Assembly: GCA_964432875.1 (NCBI GenBank)
Contig: CAYSPJ010000002.1
Coordinates: forward strand, 54,473 to 118,472
Source: an uncultured Phaeodactylibacter sp.
Lineage (GTDB): Bacteria; Bacteroidota; Bacteroidia; Chitinophagales; Saprospiraceae
Reading direction: 5' to 3'
Length of the DNA stretch: 64,000 nt
Of the stretch, positions 10,278 to 19,137 are shown one piece after another. The position numbers were made by a program, and so were the translations under genes. The notes beneath the pieces were generated by a model. The model was not told the origin of the DNA. It saw only the letters and a program-made list of their open reading frames with translations, and did not search any database. The first letter of the stretch is position 1, and the number at the start of each line of letters is the position of its first letter.

Positions 10278-13200
10278 CTACTCTTCCTCCTCTTTGGCCA
10301 GTTGCTGTTCCTGAATAATAATGGTGCTGGCCAGGCGCTTCGCCTGCCTTTCGGGATCGCGCCACCAGTCAGCAGGGCGTGCAGAGAGCGGGAAAAAGCC
10401 CTGAGCAGCTAGCATATTGTGTTGGGCATACTCCCAGCGGTAATCCGTATAAGGCGTTTGCGCCAGGAAGCCTTCCACTGCTACGTAGAGGGCTTGCCCG
10501 GGGGCATCAGCGGGAGGGAGTATCTTCAAAGTGTCTAATTCAGCTTCGCCTGCGCTTTCAAATTTGATACGGCCTGGCGCGAGATAAGGGCGCAGTTGGA
10601 TGCCAACCTCTTCCAGGAAATCGAGGGGTTGAGGATAAGGCCAGGGCCTTTTTGCCCAGGCTGGCAAGTTTTCCTGTAAACGGCTCAGAAAAGCCCGATC
10701 CCCCAGGCTCGCGGCACGGGCAGCGAGGAAATAAGCGGCGAGCAGGTAAGCAGGTTTATCCTCAGGGCGCTCCAAGAGCTCTTGTAGTTTCTCCAAAGGG
10801 ATAGAATTGACCAACATGATGCGTTTCTCCGTGCGGCTCATCACTAGAAGCAGTTGGGGCAACTGAAGGCTGATACGCTGGAGGTGATTCGTGAGCCGCC
10901 CCTTGATATCAGCTGGGCCATAAGTGCTGGAGATGATGAGGATATCGAAGCGCTGGCCGGTCAGCTCGTCAAGTTCGAGTACCGCTAGTCCGTTGCGCTC
11001 CAGTTGCTGGATGATTTCTACGCCAGTAGAGCGGCGCTGTTTAATATTGAGCAGATAAGAAGCGATGAGGCGGCGTTGCCCTTTAGTAAAGCAGGCGATC
11101 CCTACGGCAGGGTAAGTGCGCTGAGGGGTCTGTTCGATGCGGTTGAGCAAACTGATGATGTAGAGCGCTTCATCTTCGTTGGTTTCCTTTTCTTCGTCAT
11201 ACAGCCCGCCTACCTGTTCGAAGGCGACGGGGGCAGGCTTGGCGTCTGGCAAGGCGGAAAAGCTCTTGGGTTGAAGCAAATCCAGAGGAAAGGCTTGTTG
11301 CGATTGATGGAGGGTAAAACGCCGCCCCCCCATGGCATCTATCCGGCCGAGGATTTCCGGTTCGGCAGCACCATCCAGCACAGGGGCAGCAGCAAAAAAG
11401 ACAGCCCGCCGGGCCAAGCCTCGGAGGAAAGCAGCTTCGGCGGGTTGCAGGCTTTGGGCTTCATCTACCAGGATATAATCGAACACCTTGCCGACATTAG
11501 CGAAAAGCTCACCTGCAAGATGGGGCGTGACGAGCAAAACTGGCATGATCGTGGCAATACTTTCAGTGCCTTTTTCAAATAAAGGCATCCAACTGCTGCG
11601 CTCTTCTCCCAGAGCTTTGCCCGCAAGCCATTGGGCTGCTTCGTTGCTGCTGCGGCGCAATTTACGCACAGCTTCCTCTTTACGGCTTTGCCAATTATAC
11701 AGGATTTGGGAGGGCATCAGCTCCTCCAGTTGAGCATGTGCCATAGCCATCTGCTGCAGGCTGCCCTTTTCCGGCGGCAATGCCGATTCATAGCTGCGGC
11801 TGAGGCAGTTATCGAGAAACCAGCTATCGAAAGCAGCTTTCCAATCTTTAGGGCGCAATTTGATCAGCGCTTTGACCAGGCGGCGGGCTTGCTCGCTGAG
11901 CTGCAGCCAATTGTGCTGCCAATCGTAGAAATCGTCAAACTCTGGCAGGGCTCGGCGGCTGGTTTCGAATTGCTCGATCAGGCTGTCCAGCAAGCGTTGT
12001 TGCTTGGGCAGGGTCAACATTTTATTGTGGATGGGCAGATGGTATAAGCCGCTCTCGTTCACTTGCTCGAGCAGCCCTTCCAACCCATTTTCAAGTTCGG
12101 CCGCCTGGGTTTCAAAATTAAGTATCGGCAGTGTGGTTTTAGGGCTGAGGCGCGCTATTTCCTCCTGGACCAGCTCCTGCTGCTGGGCATGCCAAAGCTG
12201 CAAAGCCTGTTCGAAACGCTCCAAACAAGCCTTAGCTTGGGCGATAGCTGCACCCTTGGCTGCATCATCAAATTGAAAGTCGAAATAAGCGTTGACGGAA
12301 AAATCATGCCCCAATCGCTCATAAGCAGCGGCAAACGCCTGACGTGCTTCAGTTAAAGCTTTGGCCTTAGCCGAGAAAAGCTTTTTAAAGCGCAAGGCAC
12401 CCTGGCCTTGATGTAGGAAATCATCTCCAAAGCGCCCCCGGTATTCAGCCAGCTGGTCCTGAAGCTGTGAAATCTGGCGGGCATAATCTTGAAAATACTG
12501 CTCGTAATGAGCTGATAATAAGCTGGCATAGGCGTCGATGCGATTGGCATACCACTGCTGCAGCAAAGTCGATCTGGACAAGAGGGTTTCGATTTTTTCT
12601 TCGACAAACTCACGGGCTTCGGCTTTTTGCATGCGCAGGAAAACCCCTTGGTGCAACTTGTTCAATGGGCTGTACAAGGTGCTCGATTTGTCGAAGAGGC
12701 GCTGACAAGAGTCAATGGCATCAACCATTTCCCGGTAAGCTGCCTCGCTGAATTGGTACTCTTGGGCGTTGAGTTGGGTGGCCAGGCTTTCTTTGCCTTC
12801 TTTGCGGGCGCTTTTGAGGTACTTACCCACTGCTGCGGACCAGTTTGTATTGCCAAAAGCCATTTTACGCGAAGCATGATAACTGTTGTCGAGTTTTTCC
12901 TTGAGGCGTTCTAGCCGGGCAGTCAATATGGGGAACTCCACTGGTTTTAGCTCCTCCTCCGCTTCTTTGGCAAGAGCTATCGAGCGCAATATCTCCAGGA
13001 AGAGCGCCAGGTCCAGGTTTACGTCTCGCAGCAAGAAAGACAAGCGGCCGATACCCATCAGCTCCATTTGGCGCTGCATCTGGCGCAGTACGCCGGCGCG
13101 GGAAGAAACGAGGAGGCATTTCTGATTATTGGACAAAGCATTAGTCAAGAGGTGGGCGGCCAGATGGGTCTTTCCCGAGCCAGCCGGCCCAGTGACGAGG

Positions 13201-14006
13201 AGCAACGGGTGCTGCCTGGCCAGTTCGGCAGCACTGGCCTGTTCGGGTGAAAGCGGCAGCAAGCCAAAGGGATGCCCGGTAAAAACCGGTGCGGCTTCGG
13301 CCGTCGGCTCACCCGCAGCAGCAAATAAATGAGTATGCGGCGGGAAAACCCCTAGTGCCCCTGCCCAGGCAATCCGCCCTTTAAGCGGGCCCAGCCGGAT
13401 TTCTTCTTCAGCGGGCTGCTTGGCGATGGCGATTTGCCCGCCGCCAGGAGGGATGTCCAGGGCTTCATTAGCTTGATCGCATATCGCTGCTAGCGCTGCG
13501 GCTGAAGGCAGCCCTTTTTCAACGGCGGCGGCCAGCTCAGCTTCGATTTCCAGCCCTAGCTCGTTGCGCCAGTAATGCGCCAGGAAATGGTTGTAGGCGG
13601 CATGCTGGAAAGGACGGCGCGAGATCGTCCAGCCATCCCCTGGCTTGGCACCCGGCTCGATGGTCAGGCGCCAGATGAACAATGGGGCCGCAATAGTTTC
13701 GCCGGCCTGGTCTAGACCAACAAATAAGGGGAACCCCAGGCCGAATGGATGCACCCCGCTGATGCGCTCTTGCACCCGGCATTCAAAATAAGCCTCCTGC
13801 AATCGCTGCCCTTCCTCAAAGGAAGGCTTGATGGCAAGCTGAAAAGGCTGCCCGGTAAACAAATAGCTCAGGAGGGTAAACGCAAAATTGCCCTCCAGCG
13901 CAGCTGCATCGATATTAGCCTCCAAGGTAGGTTGCGCGTTGCGGTATATCTGCCAGCGGGTGTGGTGCCAAAGTCCGGCAGCACTATGCTCTAGCTCGCT
14001 TTTCAT
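10278..14006 (-). CDS. Large SF1 (Upf1/DNA2-like, AAA_11/AAA_12-type) helicase-like protein with DUF4011-like N-domain
   Basis: 1242 aa. Walker A VTGPAGSGKT (273-280), Walker B ILVDEAQS (846-853), motif V/VI-like TGQRFDILIISS and LLLVMSRTEKRIMLV. The N-terminal PLFIWRLTIEP...WTISRRPF pattern resembles DUF4011. The tail ...ALYVAVEGF...GFFPLSARPADWWRDPE resembles the REase-like domain often fused to these helicases. Confidence 0.8.
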   Translation of the reverse strand: MKSELEHSAAGLWHHTRWQIYRNAQPTLEANIDAAALEGNFAFTLLSYLFTGQPFQLAIKPSFEEGQRLQEAYFECRVQERISGVHPFGLGFPLFVGLDQAGETIAAPLFIWRLTIEPGAKPGDGWTISRRPFQHAAYNHFLAHYWRNELGLEIEAELAAAVEKGLPSAAALAAICDQANEALDIPPGGGQIAIAKQPAEEEIRLGPLKGRIAWAGALGVFPPHTHLFAAAGEPTAEAAPVFTGHPFGLLPLSPEQASAAELARQHPLLLVTGPAGSGKTHLAAHLLTNALSNNQKCLLVSSRAGVLRQMQRQMELMGIGRLSFLLRDVNLDLALFLEILRSIALAKEAEEELKPVEFPILTARLERLKEKLDNSYHASRKMAFGNTNWSAAVGKYLKSARKEGKESLATQLNAQEYQFSEAAYREMVDAIDSCQRLFDKSSTLYSPLNKLHQGVFLRMQKAEAREFVEEKIETLLSRSTLLQQWYANRIDAYASLLSAHYEQYFQDYARQISQLQDQLAEYRGRFGDDFLHQGQGALRFKKLFSAKAKALTEARQAFAAAYERLGHDFSVNAYFDFQFDDAAKGAAIAQAKACLERFEQALQLWHAQQQELVQEEIARLSPKTTLPILNFETQAAELENGLEGLLEQVNESGLYHLPIHNKMLTLPKQQRLLDSLIEQFETSRRALPEFDDFYDWQHNWLQLSEQARRLVKALIKLRPKDWKAAFDSWFLDNCLSRSYESALPPEKGSLQQMAMAHAQLEELMPSQILYNWQSRKEEAVRKLRRSSNEAAQWLAGKALGEERSSWMPLFEKGTESIATIMPVLLVTPHLAGELFANVGKVFDYILVDEAQSLQPAEAAFLRGLARRAVFFAAAPVLDGAAEPEILGRIDAMGGRRFTLHQSQQAFPLDLLQPKSFSALPDAKPAPVAFEQVGGLYDEEKETNEDEALYIISLLNRIEQTPQRTYPAVGIACFTKGQRRLIASYLLNIKQRRSTGVEIIQQLERNGLAVLELDELTGQRFDILIISSTYGPADIKGRLTNHLQRISLQLPQLLLVMSRTEKRIMLVNSIPLEKLQELLERPEDKPAYLLAAYFLAARAASLGDRAFLSRLQENLPAWAKRPWPYPQPLDFLEEVGIQLRPYLAPGRIKFESAGEAELDTLKILPPADAPGQALYVAVEGFLAQTPYTDYRWEYAQHNMLAAQGFFPLSARPADWWRDPERQAKRLASTIIIQEQQLAKEEEE

Positions 14007-14208
14007 TTGATCGTGTTTAACAGCAATGGTTGTCTAATCGCTCAAATATAGTAAATTTATTCATCAGCCTGCTATCTCTGCTGCATTGGAACTTGCAATA
14101 TTGACAAAAATCAATGACAGTAGAAAAAAAGGGCTGTATTTTTGAATTAGCAATAAAAGGCGTTAATTTGTTCTGCCCGCTTAGCGGAGCCGTGTAAATA
14201 TTTTGCTT

Positions 14209-14949
14209 ATGTTGCCCAATATAGCTGTCATACTGACCGATGCCTCCCGGCAAATCTTATGGGTGAATGAGGATTTCACCTCCATCACAGGGTACGCTCT
14301 GGCAGAAGTAATCGGTAAAAAACCAAGCCTGCTGCAAGGGCCGGGCACCGAAAAGGAAGCCATTATCCGCATCCGCAAGGCATTGGAAAGCAAGGTGCCG
14401 GTAAAGGGGGAATTGACCAACTACCGCAAAAACGGGGAAGCTTATTGCTGCAAGCTGGTCATCCACCCCATCTTCAATCGGGATCAGGAGCTGACCAACT
14501 ACATCGCCTTTGAAATTGATGGTGACCAGACTGCAGAAGAGAGCATCCCACTGTTGCAGCTCGAAGATAAATACCGCTCCAGCAGCCTCAAAGGCGTTGA
14601 GGAAGTCAAGCTATATTTGCGCCTGAAGGGCCTACTCGAAGCAGAAAAGCTCTACCTCAAGCCCGACTTGTCATTGAAAAAGCTGGCAGACAGATTGCAT
14701 ACCAATACCAAGTACCTCTCACAGGTGGTCAACCACCAATCCGGGCTGAATTTCCAGCAGTTCATCAATGATTATCGCGTGGCGGAAGCTAAAGCTAAAA
14801 TTGCCAGCAAAGAGTATGCTAATCTCACTTTGTACGGCATCGCGCTACAATGCGGTTTTAAAAACAAATCCACTTTTTTTAAAGTCTTCAAAGAAAGCAC
14901 CACGCTGACTCCCCGGGAGTACCTCCAACAATTGCGGCGCGAGGGCTGA
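14209..14949 (+). CDS. PAS (LOV-like) sensor fused to an AraC-type HTH transcriptional regulator
   Basis: The N-terminal 110 aa are colinear with LOV/PAS (LTDASRQILWVNEDFTSITGY...LLQGPGTEKE...NYRKNGEAY). The C-terminal part, LSLKKLADRLHTNTKYLSQVVN...YGIALQCGFKNKSTFFKVFK, is AraC HTH. ATG at 14209. Confidence 0.8.
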   Translation: MLPNIAVILTDASRQILWVNEDFTSITGYALAEVIGKKPSLLQGPGTEKEAIIRIRKALESKVPVKGELTNYRKNGEAYCCKLVIHPIFNRDQELTNYIAFEIDGDQTAEESIPLLQLEDKYRSSSLKGVEEVKLYLRLKGLLEAEKLYLKPDLSLKKLADRLHTNTKYLSQVVNHQSGLNFQQFINDYRVAEAKAKIASKEYANLTLYGIALQCGFKNKSTFFKVFKESTTLTPREYLQQLRREG

Positions 14950-15091
14950 TTTTGCGGTGCGCCCCCCCTACCCTACTCAACCTCCACACACATCGGGATG
15001 TTGTTGTTTAGTCGATGTATAATTGGACAAAAAACCAGTGGTTGCTTACACAAATGTAACCTCGGTTACAGTAGCGTTAACGCAATCTTTA

Positions 15092-15099
15092 TAATTTTG
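15092..15099 (+). promoter_or_regulatory. Candidate -7 box TAATTTTG upstream of trxB
   Basis: It matches TAnnTTTG, 27 nt upstream of the trxB ATG. No clean -33 TTTG was seen. Confidence 0.25.
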
Positions 15100-15125
15100 C
15101 GCCGAAAAAAAAACGAAAACAAATC

Positions 15126-16070
15126 ATGGCAGAAGGAATTGAAAAATTGCATTGTTTGATTATCGGCTCTGGCCCGGCAGGTTATACTGCTGCAGTCTAT
15201 GCCGCAAGAGCTGGGCTCAAGCCCGTCCTATACACGGGCATGGAGCCTGGTGGGCAATTGATGATCACCACCGATGTGGAGAACTACCCCGGCTATCCCG
15301 ATGGCATCATGGGGCCGCAGATGATGGAAGATTTCCGCAAGCAGGCCGAACGCTTCGGCACTGATATCCGCTATGAAATGATTACTAAAGTAGATTTTAC
15401 CGGCCCAGTACATAAAGCTTGGACGGAGAGCGGCAAAGAAATCCAGGCTGATAGCATCATCATCTCTACCGGCGCCAGCGCCAAATGGCTGGGGCTGGAG
15501 TCGGAACAACGGCTCACCAATAAGGGCGTCTCTGCCTGTGCGGTCTGCGACGGTTTCTTTTTCCGAGGACAAGAAGTGGCGCTAGTCGGCGGCGGTGATA
15601 CGGCTGCCGAAGAAGCGCTGTACCTCTCCAAGCTCTGCCCCAAAGTGCACATGTTGGTGCGCCGCGACGAACTTAGAGCCTCTAAAATCATGCAGGAGCG
15701 CGTCTTTAAAGCCGAAAATATCCATGTGCACTGGAATACCGAAGTGCTCGAAATCCTGGGCGAACAGGAAGTCGAAGGCATGCGGATCATCAACAATAAG
15801 ACTAAAGAAGAAAGCACTATCCCCATCAAGGGCTTCTTTGTGGCTATTGGGCATAAGCCCAATACGGATATCTTCAAGGATTGGCTGAAAATGGACAGTA
15901 CGGGCTATATCCTTACCCAGGGCAAAACTACCCGCACTAACCTCGAAGGCGTATTTGCTAGTGGAGACGCTCAGGACAACATCTATCGCCAGGCCGTCAC
16001 TGCTGCCGGAACCGGCTGCATGGCTGCTTTGGATGCCGAACGCTACCTCACGGAAAAGGGAGTGGTCTAG
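15126..16070 (+). CDS. trxB: Thioredoxin-disulfide reductase
   Basis: GSGPAGYTAA FAD motif, redox-active CAVCDG, NADPH motif GGGDTAAEEA, and C-terminal GDAQD. Confidence 0.92.
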   Translation: MAEGIEKLHCLIIGSGPAGYTAAVYAARAGLKPVLYTGMEPGGQLMITTDVENYPGYPDGIMGPQMMEDFRKQAERFGTDIRYEMITKVDFTGPVHKAWTESGKEIQADSIIISTGASAKWLGLESEQRLTNKGVSACAVCDGFFFRGQEVALVGGGDTAAEEALYLSKLCPKVHMLVRRDELRASKIMQERVFKAENIHVHWNTEVLEILGEQEVEGMRIINNKTKEESTIPIKGFFVAIGHKPNTDIFKDWLKMDSTGYILTQGKTTRTNLEGVFASGDAQDNIYRQAVTAAGTGCMAALDAERYLTEKGVV

Positions 16071-16158
16071 CTTCGCTCAAACGCAAAAAGCCCAGTGAGC
16101 ATTAACGCCATCGGCTACTTAGCGTTTTTCAAAAGAGAGAAAGCCGGTTCATTTTAAC

Positions 16159-16204
16159 AAAAATGGCTATATTGCCCGCTCAAACTGGCGATATAGCCAT
16201 TTTT
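16159..16204 (+). terminator. Perfect 14-bp inverted repeat (AAAAATGGCTATAT / ATATAGCCATTTTT), a hairpin between trxB and fba
   Basis: Arms at 16159-16172 and 16191-16204, with an 18-nt loop and an A-run/T-run inside the arms. It lies 89 nt after the trxB stop and 23 nt before the fba ATG. It could be the trxB terminator or an operator/leader element. Confidence 0.45.
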
Positions 16205-16226
16205 GTATAAAAAAACAGTATTACCT

Positions 16227-17309
16227 ATGTCTGCACTGACCTCTACCCGCTTTCGCCCGGGCGTACTGCATGGCGATGAAGTGACGGAACTCTTCAGCTA
16301 TGCCAATGAACATAACTTTGCCTTGCCGGCCGTCAACGTCACTGGCACTAATACAGTCAACGCGGTCTTGGAAACCGCTCGCGAAGTGAATTCTCCAGTC
16401 ATCATCCAATTTTCCAATGGCGGCGCTCATTTTTTTGCCGGCAAAGGGCTTTCCAACGAAGGTCAACAAGCCGCCATACTAGGTGGTATCTCTGGCGCTA
16501 TGCACGTGCATGCGCTGGCCAAAGCTTATGGCGTGACCGTGGTGCTTCATACTGACCACTGCGCGCTCAAGCTGCTCCCCTGGGTAGAAGGCCTTATCGC
16601 TGCGGGCGAAAAGTTTTACGAAAGCCGCGGCTACCCGCTCTACAGCTCGCACATGCTCGACCTATCGGAAGAGCCGCTGGCTGAAAACGTCGAAATTTGC
16701 GCCCGCTTCCTGGAGCGCATGGATAAAATCGGCATGACCCTCGAAATCGAGCTTGGCGTCACTGGCGGTGAAGAAGACGGGGTAGACAATTCCGATGTGG
16801 ACAGCTCCCGCCTCTACACTCAGCCGGAAGAAGTAGCCTTCGCCTACGAGGCGCTCAGCAAAGTGAGCCCGCGCTTCACCATCGCCGCTGCTTTCGGCAA
16901 CGTGCACGGGGTATATAAGCCTGGGAACGTCTCGCTCAAGCCGATTATCCTGAAGAATTCCCAGGAATACGTCAAGCAGAAGTTCAACACCGGCGACAAC
17001 CCGATCAACTTCGTCTTTCATGGCGGGTCTGGCTCCTCTCGCGAGGAAATCCGCGAAGCTATCGAATATGGCGCTATCAAGATGAACATTGATACCGACT
17101 TGCAGTGGGCTTTCTGGGATGGGGTGCGGGGCTACCACGAAGGCAAGCATGGCTATCTGCAGGCCCAGATCGGCAACCCTGAAGGCGAAGATAAGCCCAA
17201 CAAGAAATACTATGATCCACGCCAGTGGCTACGCGAGGGCGAAAAAACTTTCAAAGCCCGCCTGGCGAGCGCTTTCGAAGATTTGAATTGCCTGAACCGC
17301 AACGCCTGA
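16227..17309 (+). CDS. fbaA: Class II fructose-bisphosphate aldolase
   Basis: ALPAVNV, VIIQFSNGGA, LHTDHC and FVFHGGSGS; the length and motifs fit FbaA. ATG at 16227 is preferred over the TTG at 16203. Confidence 0.92.
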   Translation: MSALTSTRFRPGVLHGDEVTELFSYANEHNFALPAVNVTGTNTVNAVLETAREVNSPVIIQFSNGGAHFFAGKGLSNEGQQAAILGGISGAMHVHALAKAYGVTVVLHTDHCALKLLPWVEGLIAAGEKFYESRGYPLYSSHMLDLSEEPLAENVEICARFLERMDKIGMTLEIELGVTGGEEDGVDNSDVDSSRLYTQPEEVAFAYEALSKVSPRFTIAAAFGNVHGVYKPGNVSLKPIILKNSQEYVKQKFNTGDNPINFVFHGGSGSSREEIREAIEYGAIKMNIDTDLQWAFWDGVRGYHEGKHGYLQAQIGNPEGEDKPNKKYYDPRQWLREGEKTFKARLASAFEDLNCLNRNA

Positions 17310-17321
17310 TTGTGAGCAATC

Positions 17322-17359
17322 CCCCCGCTGGCCCTACCCTTAGTCAAGGCCAGCGGGGG
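17322..17359 (+). terminator. GC-rich hairpin after fba (12-bp perfect stem)
   Basis: CCCCCGCTGGCC (17322-17333) pairs with GGCCAGCGGGGG (17348-17359), with a 14-nt loop. It starts 13 nt after the fba stop. No U-tract follows, hence the moderate confidence. Confidence 0.5.
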
Positions 17360-17499
17360 AACCCTCAAATAGCTACAAATTCTTTTTACTCGCTACTTGC
17401 TATTTACGCCTTTTCCCCATAAATTTGTAGGGGTTTTTATTTGCTGCGGCAAAGTCTCGCATCTACCTCAAGCGTTTCAACTTATCCTCCCGCTCCCCT

Positions 17500-17509
17500 C
17501 CCCCCCCCC
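17500..17509. repeat. Homopolymeric C10 tract
   Basis: Read directly (cgctcccctc ccccccccct). It lies 77 nt upstream of the ATG at 17586. Confidence 0.8.
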
Positions 17510-17585
17510 TAACTGATGCTAACTGACCTACCCCTATCAGCTGCTATCCTTTTTATAAAAAACACGATCATAAATCTAATTCACC

Positions 17586-18929
17586 ATGAAAAGAATCCTA
17601 TTTTTTCTGCAAATTGCTGGCTTAGCTTCCGCCCTGATGCTTATTCAAGGCTGTCTAAAGGACGAAGACATAACCAGCACAACTGCTGATTTCGGTTCCG
17701 AATTGGCTACAGAATGGTTCAAGCTGACCATGAAACTGACGAAAGAAGGGCCAGGGTTTACCCCTCCAGTCGCTGCCAGAGCTTATGGATACACTGGGCT
17801 GACGCTTTACGAATCTTTGGTCAACGGCATGCCCCGGCATCAATCTCTCCAGGGTCAGCTCGAAGCTTTTAGCCTGGGTACGGTGCCCGAGATCGAAGCC
17901 GGGAAAGATTACCATTGGGGCCTTGTTGCCAATGCTGCCTTAGGCTACATCGTCAAAGAGTTGTACCGCAATGCTACCGCCTCCAACCTCCAGGCTATTG
18001 CGGACCTGGAGGGGCAGTATAGAGCGCAATTTGCAGCAGAGGTGGCGGAAGACATTGAAGCAAGATCAATCGCTTACGGGCTTGCAGTAGGCGAAGCCAT
18101 ACAAGCCTATGCTGCTTCCGATGGTCAAGATTTAGCCTATACGTCGAATTTCCCCGCCAGTTATGTCCCGCCAGCAGGGGCCGGTATGTGGAAACCGACA
18201 CCACCAGCTTTTAGCCCCGCACTCCAGCCTTATTGGGGAGAGGTGCGCCCCTTCCTGGCAGTCAACGTTTCGGGCACTCAACCTCCACCACCGCCCCCTT
18301 TCTCAACCGACCTGTTTTCCGTTTTTTATGCCCAGGCCCTGGAAGTGTACACCGTCACGAGCAGCATTACGCCAGAGCAAGAATTGATCGCAAAATACTG
18401 GAGCGATGACCCTGGCTTAACCGCCACGCCACCGGGCCACTCGATTGCCATCCTCAGCCAAGTGCTGAAGCAGAATAATGCCGACCTGGAGGTGGCTGCC
18501 GAAGCTTATGCCAAAGTAGGCCTGGCTGTACATGACGCTTTCATCTCCTGCTGGAAGTGTAAATATGATTTTAACTTGCTCCGGCCAATCACCTACATCC
18601 AGGAAGTTATTGACCCGAGCTACACCACCTTGTTGAATACGCCGCCCTTCCCGGAGTACACTTCTGGGCATTCCGCCCAGTCCGGCGCGGTGTCGCAGGT
18701 GCTTTCTGACCTGTTCGGATACAACTATGCTTTTACCGACCGGACCCATGTTGACCGGACGGATATTAACGGTAGCCCCAGGAGCTTTTCTTCTTTTTAT
18801 CACATGGCCCAGGAAGCAGCGATTTCCAGGCTTTACGGCGGGATCCATTATCGCGATGGCATTGAGCTGGGAGTTGAGCAAGGTAAAGTGATCGGCCAGA
18901 ATATTAGCAATCTAAACTTCCGCCGGTAG
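17586..18929 (+). CDS. PAP2-superfamily lipoprotein, vanadium-haloperoxidase/acid-phosphatase-like
   Basis: Lipobox LIQGC. All three PAP2 motifs are present: KYDFNLLRP (KxxxxxxRP), PEYTSGHS (PSGH) and SRLYGGIHYRD (SRxxxxxHxxxD). Confidence 0.7.
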   Translation: MKRILFFLQIAGLASALMLIQGCLKDEDITSTTADFGSELATEWFKLTMKLTKEGPGFTPPVAARAYGYTGLTLYESLVNGMPRHQSLQGQLEAFSLGTVPEIEAGKDYHWGLVANAALGYIVKELYRNATASNLQAIADLEGQYRAQFAAEVAEDIEARSIAYGLAVGEAIQAYAASDGQDLAYTSNFPASYVPPAGAGMWKPTPPAFSPALQPYWGEVRPFLAVNVSGTQPPPPPPFSTDLFSVFYAQALEVYTVTSSITPEQELIAKYWSDDPGLTATPPGHSIAILSQVLKQNNADLEVAAEAYAKVGLAVHDAFISCWKCKYDFNLLRPITYIQEVIDPSYTTLLNTPPFPEYTSGHSAQSGAVSQVLSDLFGYNYAFTDRTHVDRTDINGSPRSFSSFYHMAQEAAISRLYGGIHYRDGIELGVEQGKVIGQNISNLNFRR

Positions 18930-18943
18930 GCTGTTTTGCGGAT

Positions 18944-18990
18944 AAGCGTCGGGTAGCAGTGAAAGCTGCCCGACGCTTGTTTCATTTTGT
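18944..18990 (+). terminator. Intrinsic terminator after the PAP2 gene
   Basis: Stem AAGCGTCGGG (18944-18953) pairs with CCCGACGCTT (18969-18978), followed by the T-rich GTTTCATTTTGTT. Confidence 0.6.
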
Positions 18991-19137
18991 TGATTGTTTT
19001 CTTTTTTCTATATTTGTGGCTGAAGCTAATTCCTCTAAGCCATGACTTTAACCGAATCGCTGCATGTATTGGGTATTGCGCTCCTCGAGGATACCGACGG
19101 GTCATCATTATTATGAAGCCGGTTAACCCCTAACAAT

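Noticed and set aside
7618-14006. The PLD-family gene plus the Upf1-like helicase as a Mokosh-like defence pair.
   Set aside because: The two genes are on opposite strands, separated by a fatty-acid hydroxylase gene. The PLD protein looks like a ClsB-type cardiolipin synthase (two HKD motifs with GGxN context and a hydrophobic C-terminus) rather than a nuclease partner.
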